Assembly: GCF_006345805.1 (NCBI RefSeq) | Contig: NW_021836887.1 | Location: 1-21,993, forward strand | Length of the DNA stretch: 21,993 nucleotides | Direction of reading: 5' to 3' | Origin: Octopus sinensis | Taxonomy: Eukaryota | Shown: positions 9,775 to 19,084 of the stretch, in pieces | Position numbering within the stretch: position 1 is the stretch's first letter | Layout of the letters: every line of letters begins with the position of its first letter | The notes under the pieces: model-generated | The model's input: only the letters and a program-made list of their open reading frames with translations | What the model was told of the DNA's origin: nothing | The model's database searches: none | Program-made: the position numbers and the translations under genes

Positions 9775-9980
9775 TCGCTATGCTGGACCACTGAACTCTG
9801 CACAGGTTTCTTTCTCCGTTTTGGTTTTCATTCTCTTTTTCTTTTCCTCTTCCTGCTGTCTGTCGAAGGCCGTAGGCTCAAAATTAAAAGACTTTTCCGA
9901 TTCTCCCGAGCGTTAAACTAATACACCTGCTTGATGTTCCTACACCTGTATTCGTCTTTTTTTTCTATAAATTTAAGCTA
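9775..9980 (+). mobile_element. Penelope-like element terminal remnant with decayed hammerhead
   Basis: Pyrimidine-rich body flanked by (TA)n. CTGTCGAA-GGCC-GTAG-GCTC-AAAATT-AAAAG (9860-9890) is a mutated version of the intact motif at 10068-10102. Ends AAGCTATA. Confidence 0.6.
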
Positions 9981-9993
9981 TACATATATATAT

Positions 9994-10172
9994 AGTTAAT
10001 CCAAACATGAAAACACAAAGAGAAAACAACAACACGAGAACGCCCAGGAAAGAAGGAAAGAAGGAGGGTTTAACGTTTCGAGCGGAGCTCTTCGTCAGAA
10101 ACATAGGAAAATGAAAGATCCAAAGAAGGGAAGACGGAGGGAAAAAATCGCCAACGGAACACACGGGGTCAC
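9994..10172 (-). mobile_element. Penelope-like element terminal remnant carrying an intact hammerhead motif
   Basis: Minus strand is pyrimidine-rich, contains the hammerhead and ends GGATTAACTATATA in (TA)n. Short palindromic-stem-III hammerheads are characteristic of Penelope-like element termini. Confidence 0.7.
10068..10102 (-). ncRNA. Minimal type I hammerhead ribozyme motif (dimer-dependent type)
   Basis: Minus strand reads GUUU-CUGACGA-A-GAGC-UCC-GCUC-GAA-ACGU-U|AAAC. Stem I is GUUU/AAAC, the core is CUGACGA, stem II is GAGC/GCUC, followed by GAAA and a palindromic ACGU in place of stem III. Predicted cleavage is after GUU, between 10072 and 10071. Confidence 0.8.
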
Positions 10173-10270
10173 ATATACATATATACATATATATGTATAT
10201 ATACATACATACTACATACATACATACTACATACATACATACATACAATATATTATATATATATATATAT

Positions 10271-10331
<61 letters not shown>

Positions 10332-10454
10332 TAGTGGTCAGTCCTTAAATTTTGTATGTAAAATATTTTGATCTTCGGAGTTTTTTATATTGCTGGGCCA
10401 CTGGTTTTAATTGATTAATATCAATTTCTACCCGGATTGAATTTAAATTATATA

Positions 10455-10497
<43 letters not shown>

Positions 10498-10702
10498 AAA
10501 TATATATATGTTTTATATAATATATATTATATATAATATACATATAGATATATAATGTATGTATGTATGCTATATAATAAATATATATATATATGTATAT
10601 ATGTTGTTGTGGAAGCGCCCCCATAACGAAAGGGACGATGGTTATGAGTTTCTTACATATTTTTCCTTTCCTGATATATATATTATATAAATCATATATA
10701 TC

Positions 10703-10735
<33 letters not shown>

Positions 10736-10800
10736 ATATATATCTATATATAATATCTATATATTATATATTATATATAGATATATATATATATATATGC
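10170..10800. repeat. Large interrupted (TA)n/(TACA)n microsatellite field
   Basis: Direct reading. Similar TA fields at 376-416, 8706-8775, 9054-9243, 9656-9772, 11878-12020, 20173-20206 and 21364-21398. Confidence 0.95.
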
Positions 10801-11040
10801 TTTTATTACTCTAAATAGGATCAGAATACCTTAAACAAAAGGCCAGGAGATGAGTGTAGGCAGAGGTAAGACTGAAATATAGAGAGAAACGTTTGACAAT
10901 GACAACGATGCTTATATCACTATAATTTTTTTGCCTGAAGGATCAGAATATCTTAGTTCGAAGCTTATTATGTACTTCGGCTTTGATGAAGCGAAAGAAA
11001 TAGCCGATGTCATTTGTGAATAGAAAAATTAATATTTTTG

Positions 11041-11044
<4 letters not shown>

Positions 11045-11074
<30 letters not shown>

Positions 11075-11317
11075 CAGTGCATTCAACCAACCGTTTGTAC
11101 AAACTCGTCTCATGCTCTATGTATGTATGTATGTATGTATGTATGTATGTATGTATGTATGTATGTATGTTGTATTATGTATGTATGTATCTATCTATCT
11201 ATCTATCTATCTGTCTGTCTGTCTTTCTGTCTGTATGTCTATCTGTTTGTCTTTCTGTCTGTATGTCTATCTGTCTGTCTGAGTATCTATCTATCTATCC
11301 ATCTATCTATCTATCTC

Positions 11318-11374
<57 letters not shown>

Positions 11375-11530
11375 CTGTCTGTCTGTCTATCTGTCTAGCT
11401 ATCTGTCTGTCTGTCGGTCGGTCAGTCTGTTTGATTAATTATACTGTCTGTCTGTGTGTGTGTGTGTTTGTGTGTGTGTGTGCGTGTGTGTGTGTGTGTG
11501 TTTGTGTTTGTGCGTGTGTTTGTGTGCACG
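11045..11530. repeat. Compound microsatellite series (TA)-(TATG)-(TATC)-(TCTG)-(TC)-(TA)-(TG)
   Basis: Direct reading; explains the ORFs at 11007-11568. Confidence 0.95.
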
Positions 11531-12695
11531 TGCTTCTACACGCGCCAGTAATTTTTATGTTTATTTAAATATATTTTAAGATTTCGGATGAAGTGCTTCA
11601 AAACTTGAATTAAAGCATAAAAACTGAAAGACATATAAACACAAAGGCACTGTCAATGACACTCATGCATATATCCACACATCCACACATCCACACATCC
11701 ATGCAACCGTACATACTTTCACCCACATATTCACACACATGCACACCTACACATTTACACACATACATATTTCTGCATATGAACTTATCTGCATGTACAC
11801 ATGTACATACACACACACACAGATCCTCACATTTTTGATACAGAAATACAAGAATTCATAATATATACTTACTTATACATATACATATATATATATTATA
11901 TATATATTATATTATATATATATATATATTATATATATATATAATATATATATATTATATATATTATATATTATATATATATGTACGCATGTATGTGTAT
12001 ATATATATATATATACATATGCAAACAAAAAGCAAACGAACGATAAATGAAACTAAGATGAAGGATATATATGTATATCTTCTTTTCCTTCTTTATCTTC
12101 TTCATTTCCTTCTTTTCCTTCATTTTCTCCTCCTCCACTTTCTTCCTTATGTTGTTCTTGTTCTTTGTCTTCTTTTTCTTCCTTCTCTCCTTCTGCTTTA
12201 CTTTTAACAAAGGACGTTCGAAAGCAACAAAAATATTAAAATATATAAACAACACAGAAATATTAAATGCTAAAGGAACAAATAGCATAAACAACATAAA
12301 ATAAAAACAAACCAACCCAATAAATAACAAAGCATGCAAAATAACAATACGCACACACATACACACACTCACACACATCTTTATATATATACATATGATA
12401 AAAATAATAAGAAAACAAATTAATAAAATTCCCCAAAAATCAAAAATGTGTATAAATTATTTGTTAGATTAAAGATGATGTCTTTACTATTGAAGATTGT
12501 CTGAGGCATCAGGCAGATTTAGGATATAAACAACTAATCCTATCATAGCAATCAGATTTGCTGCTATGAAATATGTTTCATGGGTGTAGAAAAAAAAAAG
12601 CAAATTGAACCTAATAAAATAAACGGAACTGAAACACGCGTACATACACAAAGACACACATTCACAAATACAACTCACCCTCACACATGCATATG

Positions 12696-12739
<44 letters not shown>

Positions 12740-12932
12740 ATGTATAGAATTAGTATATGACAATGATGTTGATGAGGATAATGATGTTGGTTCCAAGGAT
12801 TAGCTAGAGTCCGTGGCAGGACAGCAGATGCTTTAATCACAGTGTTTTTATTTAACATGTAGAATTATATACATACACACATATAGACATGCATACATAT
12901 TTCTATGTTTATCTATGTATGTATATATTTTA

Positions 12933-12975
<43 letters not shown>

Positions 12976-13557
12976 ATTTGTGTGTTTGTATATGCACATT
13001 TTTCCGCATTCTGTCTGTGTCCATTAAATATTTGGTGAATTATTATTCCTTGACCCTTGTGGAAAGTAAATTTTCAATAACGTTAATTATTTTCCTTCTC
13101 GATTCCACTACAGAATCTACCGACTGACACCGGCAGCTGCAGTTCCTCCTGCAACTCTCAATACACATCGTTCAAGACCCTTGCCAGCCATTGACTGTAC
13201 AGTATTTACAATAAGGAACATTTCTGGGTTGTACTTGACAGAAGTAAACATTGGAAGGTGGGATCTGTTCTGCTTACTTTTCAGGTTCATTTTGTCCTGA
13301 TAAATGAGCCCAAATTGCTGTGGATATGCTAGTGTAAACGATGCAAAGCGGTTCCTCTGTTTCTCGAAGAATTGAAGCTAGCAGCTTCATTCACGCTACA
13401 GATCCAGTTTGCATCATCTTCTGTATAACATCTCTGACAGAATAATACAGATACAAAATCGATTTGATTCCAAATCTTATCAAGATTATTTATTTTTCCG
13501 AACTAGGTTTTTACTTTGGTCAACACATTCTGAATTAAACAATTAGGAAATTTAATA

Positions 13558-13772
13558 GCGTGGCTGTGTGGTATGAAGCTTGCTTCCCAACCACATGGTT
13601 CCCAGTTCAGTCCCACTGCGCAATACTTTGGGCCGATCAAAGCCTTGTGAGTGAATTTCGTAGACGGGAATCGAAAGAAACCCGTCATATATGTGTGTGT
13701 GTTTTGTGTCTGTGTTTGTCCTTCCATCACTGCTTGACAACCGTTGTTAGTGTGTTCGGCAAAAAATACGAT
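13558..13772 (+). mobile_element. tRNA-derived SINE family 2, 5' part with tRNA-like head
   Basis: GCGTGGCTGTGTGGT (A-box-like) ... AGTTCAGTCCCACTGCG (B-box-like), then GGGCCGATCAAAGCCTTGTGAGTGAATTTCGTAGACGG, (TA/TG)n and GCTTGACAACCG...GTTCGGCAAAA. The 3' end is missing. Confidence 0.8.
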
Positions 13773-13799
13773 ATTTATTCTCATCTTGTTTGGATCACA

Positions 13800-14633
13800 G
13801 GCAAAGTCGACGTCGTCGGAATTTGAACTTAGAACGTAAAGACGGACGAAACACCTATTTCTTTATTACCCACATGGGGCTAAACATAGAGGGGACAAAC
13901 AAGGACTGACAAAGGGATTAAGTCGATTACATCGACCCCAGTTTGTAACTGGTAATTAATTTATCGACCCCGAAAGGATGAAAGGCAAAGTCGACCTCGG
14001 CGGAATTTGAACCCAGAACGTAGCGGCGGCCGAAATACCTATTTCCATTTCATTACTACCTACAAGGGGCTAAACATAGAGTGGACAAAGAAGGACAGAC
14101 AAAGGGTTTAAGTTGATTACGTCGACCCCAGTGCGTAACTGGTACTTAATTTAATCGACCCCGAAAGGATGAAAGGCACAGTCGACCTCGGCGGAATTTG
14201 AACTCACAACGTAACGGCAGACGAAATACCTATTTCTTTACTACCCACAGGGTGCTAAACACAGAGGAGACAAACAAGGACAGACAAAGGGGTTAAGTCG
14301 ATTACGTCGACCCCAGTGCGTAACTGGTACTTAATATTTCGACCCCGAAAGGATGAAAGGCAAAGTCGACCTCGGCGAAATTAGAACTCTGAACGTAATA
14401 CCTATTTCTTTACTACTTACAAGGGGCTAAACACAGAGGGGACAAACAAGGACAGACAAACGGATTAAGTCGATTACATCGACCCCAGTGCGTAACTGGT
14501 ACTTATTTAATCGACCCCGAAAGGATGAAAGGCAAAATCGACCTCGGCAGAATTTGAACAGAGTACGTAATGGCATACGAAATACTGCAAAGCATTTTGC
14601 TTGGCGTGCTAACGATTCTGCCAGCTCGCCGCT
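13800..14633 (-). repeat. Tandem array of SINE family 1: one head, 4 complete body units and 1 partial unit
   Basis: The junction motif CCTATTT starts at 13854, 14038, 14229 and 14401, and the head joins at about 14585. Periods are 184, 191, 172 and 184 bp. The A-box head (revcomp of TTCTGCCAGCTCGCCGC) occurs only at 14617-14633. Confidence 0.92.
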
Positions 14634-14849
14634 TTAGACAGATGAATATTGTGCAGGTGCAGTTGGTGATGTAAAATAATTATTATCTCATTGTTTCACA
14701 TTTAAATTTTTGCATATTGATATCAAGTCATATTTAGTTACCATACTCAACTTGTGTCTATAACAATACAAAAAGAGGAAATAATATTTCACGCAAAATT
14801 TAAGCAGTATATTTGAGAAGGTGTCGTCATTAGATTTGTTCATGTAAAA

Positions 14850-15102
14850 CAGTGCTTCTCAACTATTTTTCACTTATGGACCCCCTTGATCCCTATTATA
14901 TTCGGGTGGACCCACGTCGCTATTTCATTTTTAAATTTCCTTATATAATTTTATGATTAAATATTATTAGGAATTATATAAGAAAAAAATTAATATATTT
15001 TGTATATTGCAGAAATATATCCAATTTATTGCCGACAAATTTTAACAACTAAATCTTATATGGACCCTCAAGGTCCTCATGGACACTGGTTGAGAACCAC
15101 TG
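14850..15102. mobile_element. hAT (Charlie-like) MITE
   Basis: TIRs CAGTGCTTCTCAAC / GTTGAGAACCACTG (13 of 14 complementary). The 8-bp TSD ATGTAAAA (14842-14849) / ATTTAAAA (15103-15110) is 7/8 identical with the central TA typical of Charlie targets. AT-rich non-coding interior with subterminal ATGGACCC motifs. Confidence 0.88.
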
Positions 15103-15462
15103 ATTTAAAAAGTCATATCTTTACAAAGTTAGTCCCTTATTTTAAACCGCATAGGGAATAGAAAATAAGTTATATTTTGTAGTGTTTCACATTTATATTT
15201 GTCTGTACTTCTTAAGTATTCAATAATATGTTCTATGATTAGAACAGTTAAGTTTTTTTTTAAATATCTTCGAATATTAGAAAAACAGTCTAATAAATAC
15301 AATTAATAGAGTATAAAACCATAATATTTTGGAATTACAAAGAAATTTATAAACGAAACAATGAATCATCATCTCTTTCATACGACTAAAATCGAGTAAT
15401 AGTTTTTCGAAAATAGGCTTTTTAAATGTTGAGTTTTACTAATCATTTCTACTATAAATTCA

Positions 15463-15685
15463 TGGGCCGAAATTTGTTTAGGGGAAGACCGCTGGTCCGT
15501 TACATCGACCTCGGAGGTCAACTGGTTTTTAATTCACCGACCCCGTGCTCAACTGGTTCTTATTTCATCGACGCCGAAAAGATGAAAAGCAAAGTCGACC
15601 TCGGAGGGATTCGAATACAGAACAGACCTACGAAGCACATTAAGCATTTTGTCCAGCATGCTAGTAAGTCGGCCAGCTCGCCGCC
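15463..15685 (-). mobile_element. SINE family 1, near full length
   Basis: Head GGCGGCGAGCTGGCC starts at 15685 on the minus strand. Body GAAAAGATGAAAAGCAAAGTCGACCTCGG, with a small internal duplication of CAACTGGTT..TTA. Confidence 0.8.
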
Positions 15686-15716
15686 TTGTGTTGAGTATTA
15701 ATAATAAAAGCACTGA

Positions 15717-15929
15717 AGACAGAGAGCTGGCAGAATCGTTAACAATCCGGGCAAAATTCTTACCAGCATTTCGTCCGTCCTCAGTTTCTGAGTTCAAATT
15801 CTGTCGAGGTCAGGTTTGCTTTTCATTTTTTTTAATCGATTAAATAAACGCAAGTCGAGCACTGGGGTTGATGTAGTTACCTTACCCACTCCCATGAAAT
15901 TGCTGGCCTTGTGCCAAAAAATTTGAAGC
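15717..15929 (+). mobile_element. SINE family 1, full length with 18-bp TSD
   Basis: GAGCTGGCAGAATCGTTA (A box), GAGTTCAAATTC (B box) and tail GCTGGCCTTGTGCCAAAAAATTTGAAGC. Identical flanks TAATAATAAAAGCACTGA at 15699-15716 and 15930-15947. Confidence 0.9.
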
Positions 15930-15949
15930 TAATAATAAAAGCACTGACA

Positions 15950-16450
15950 CAACACACAGCACATCTACTACAGCCACGATTACTACCAACACGAAGACTA
16001 ACACCACGATTACTACCGTTCCCACTACCTTCAACATCTCTACCATCATGAGCCAACGAATTAACCTCTATGCATTCGTTTGTGTTGCAGTTAATCTGCT
16101 GTCTTAAATAAAAGACACATTGAACAATGCAGTCTATGATGTATAAAAGACAGGATGGTCACAGCTAGAACGGCCTTCATCTTATGACACCTCAATAAGG
16201 TTCGATCTGGTGCTAAAAAAATGACAGTGACAATAACAACAACTAAAACAACAGTACTTTTGACAACGGAAGAACATTTGGTAACACCTATGACAAATAG
16301 CAGTTACAATAATCATCAGTAACAACACCACCTTAAACACTACTACCATCACCACTACCATCACTCTTTCACCATCACCATCTACTCTATCTCTTATAGC
16401 ATCAGCATTACTAGCATCAACAATAACGACAACTACCACCTACAACAGCA
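15950..16450. repeat. Decayed (CAC/ACT/ACA)n low-complexity DNA, interrupted by a probable old interspersed repeat at about 16060-16190
   Basis: Trinucleotide-periodic sequence. CTGCTGTCTTAAATA (16097) resembles CTGCAGTCTTAAATA (17372), suggesting a further decayed repeat family. Confidence 0.5.
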
Positions 16451-19002
16451 TTTACAATTTACATCCAAACTAAACAAGTTCCTCAGCCACCGTACTCTCC
16501 GTTCCCCCAGTCCAATCCATTCTACTTTCACTTTCATTCTACTCCGAATTCACTAATTTCTGTCACTTAAAATGCATTTGGAAAGAACAATAAAACACGG
16601 TTGCTGGCAATAGTAGCTACAACAATAATGGCAACAGTAACAACAACAGCTACTACTATTACTGCAGCAACAATAACGCTTATATTCATGATGATGATGA
16701 TGACGATGATGATGATGATATTTCTCTGTCTTTTTAATATATTTTCTTTTTCTTTTGTTCCAAGTAAGCTGACGTGCCAATCAAGTTAAAAATTGGAAGG
16801 AGCAGCCGACACAGAAAAGGGAATGGATAAATGGCTGAAATGAATAAATAACTAAATAACTGAATGAATTTATGAATGAATGAGTGAAAGAATGGCTGAA
16901 TGACTGAATGACTTATTGACTGATCATCTGTGCTTACTTTCATGCTGGATGTCAAATGGACTTACTTTCGTTTCAGCATTTTCCACAGCTATCTGCCACT
17001 TTTTAGTTAGCCGTCACGCTCTCCAACAACACAACCAACGCCATCACGACACTTGCCAAAACCATCACCACCAACACCACCACAGTAACAAAAACAACAA
17101 CAACAGCAGCAACAACCATAAATAACATTACTTTCCATCACATTTGAAAGTTTATTTAAAACAAAGAAGCTCCATGTTTCTTCTAGTAATAATGGTTTGT
17201 TGCATTAGTAAGTCAAATATGCACAGAAACGCACAATATAGATCGCTGAATCGATTCTAGTACATGACTAGTTAGTTCAATAACAAATTACTGCGTATCT
17301 TTGAGGGAGCCTTGGTGTTGCCGTTTGACCAGCCAGAAATGGCAGTAAAGTCTACCTCACACCACACATTCTGCAGTCTTAAATATGGAGAGAGGTACTC
17401 GGTTGCTCAGTCACAGTTGATTCGGCGCTTCACATAAAAAGCAACACCGACACTCAAAAAATGAGTTTTAAAATGTACGGATGACTTGCAAGTTGTTTGT
17501 GTTCACGTCCTCTAGACCAGAAATTTATGGAAACACTTATATTTCATCAACTTCGGATATTTGAAGACGATGGTAATCTGGAAGGTGAAATTAACTAAAT
17601 TAATGCGGTGATGGTTCTAATACTCAAAGGCAGCAGAGAAGAGATTATATATCGTATATGCATATACGACTTCATATGGTTCTCTAGCGAGATGCAGGGC
17701 TTTGTTAATTTTAAGTTTAAATTTAGTTGTAATAACATAAGAGTCATAAAAGTGCATCTGATTACAATGTAAAACAAACGAAATAATGAAAATGGGAAAC
17801 TCAGTCGGAGGAGCACGAGGTTCTACACTGGATGCAATTCTTCCTTTTAAAGCCAATTGAAGAGCCCTTGTATAGTTGCGAAGCTTTGTAAAATTGGCAT
17901 ATAAATCCCTCTCGAGACACACATTTACTATTTTAAATAAATTAGAATGACACACTGGACAACGTAGCATAGGAAATATAGCCTGAAAATAAGAGGCTCC
18001 AACGTTTCGATCGTAATTCTACTTTATCAGATTAAAACTATGGTTGAACAACAACTTGAGCGATCGAAAGAGATTCTATTTGCTCGCTCAACCAACAGGA
18101 AACAGCCAAACCTCCCTAAAATCTAACCCATACGGACATATTAAAAAATGTAGGTGAAGTTACACGATAACTGACCCCGAATCATTTGCATTCGACAGGT
18201 AGCTTATGGATAGAATGCTATATCTCGGAAGTTCACCATTTTTACGTTCATGACGACAGTATTGTTAAGGAAAGACTCTTGAACGTAGTTATTTGAGCTT
18301 TTAATCTATTGTAATGTACAGCTCTTTATGTGTCGTGAAACTGTATAGCTATTATATTGATACAATCCTTGGGTATGTCCGTAACATTAGGCTTATAAAC
18401 CGGTAAATATCATCTATGTACCAAACCAATATGGAAGCTCTAAAGGTTCTAACCACCCTCTCAATATATTAAATATATATTAAAAATTAAAGTTAATTAG
18501 CAATATAAGAAGACTAAAAACTAATGCATTCTCATAGTAAATATACTATAATAAGCTGCCAGTAATAATAATGCAATACTAAAAGGCAGTTTAAAAGAAT
18601 CAGTTAACGCCTTACCCAATACCGAAATATGGCCATCAATGAAAAAAATATAATTAGAAGAGCATTTACTCTAACTTCAATAAAAATGTTTATTTAAATA
18701 TACCTCAAATACTTTTAGTACTAATAAAAATAAATAACTTCTCAACTAATCATAAATCGTCTGGTCCTACTTGATCAAATTTGTCGGGCTCGAAACCGCA
18801 TAACATTCGGAAGATCTGAAGGAAAGCATTCCGTGTTTATACAAACGTGTTTTGATGAAGGGCTTTGATGGTTGCACGACATATGTATCGGTGTCTCGAT
18901 ATCCATAAAGTCTCGGTATCCGTAAAAGTAATTCGCTATCGAAGAAAAGAATTACTACTACAAAGAGATTCCCTAGGTGGTGGATGGAGAATGGACCACA
19001 CA

Positions 19003-19006
<4 letters not shown>

Positions 19007-19081
<75 letters not shown>
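19007..19081. repeat. (CA)n microsatellite
   Basis: Nearly pure CA run. Confidence 0.95.

Positions 19082-19084
<3 letters not shown>

Noticed and set aside
11600-12960. ORFs of 60-135 aa in CA/TA/CTT-rich DNA
   Set aside because: Low-complexity, decayed di- and trinucleotide repeats with no recognisable protein features.
13558-13625. tRNA-like sequence
   Set aside because: It has A and B boxes but no complete cloverleaf and continues into SINE body sequence, so it is a SINE head and not a tRNA gene. The same applies to 8478-8565.
13800-14633. Regularly spaced repeats that could be mistaken for a CRISPR array or a retrozyme
   Set aside because: The units are whole ~184-bp SINE bodies with no unique spacers, the context is eukaryotic with no cas genes, and I found no CUGANGA/GAAA hammerhead core in the unit on either strand.
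16932-16969. Two strong minus-strand donors (GAAA|GTAAGT and GAAA|GTAAGC) 28 bp apart
   Set aside because: No polypyrimidine acceptor upstream (only decayed GGT/GTT repeat), and the 21-nt gap is too short for an intron. Likely chance or a small duplication.
18790-18960. Minus-strand peptide PSKPFIKTRLYKHGMLSFR faintly like the Tc1 transposase linker
   Set aside because: Similarity is limited to a few residues, with no DDE motifs or TIRs nearby.
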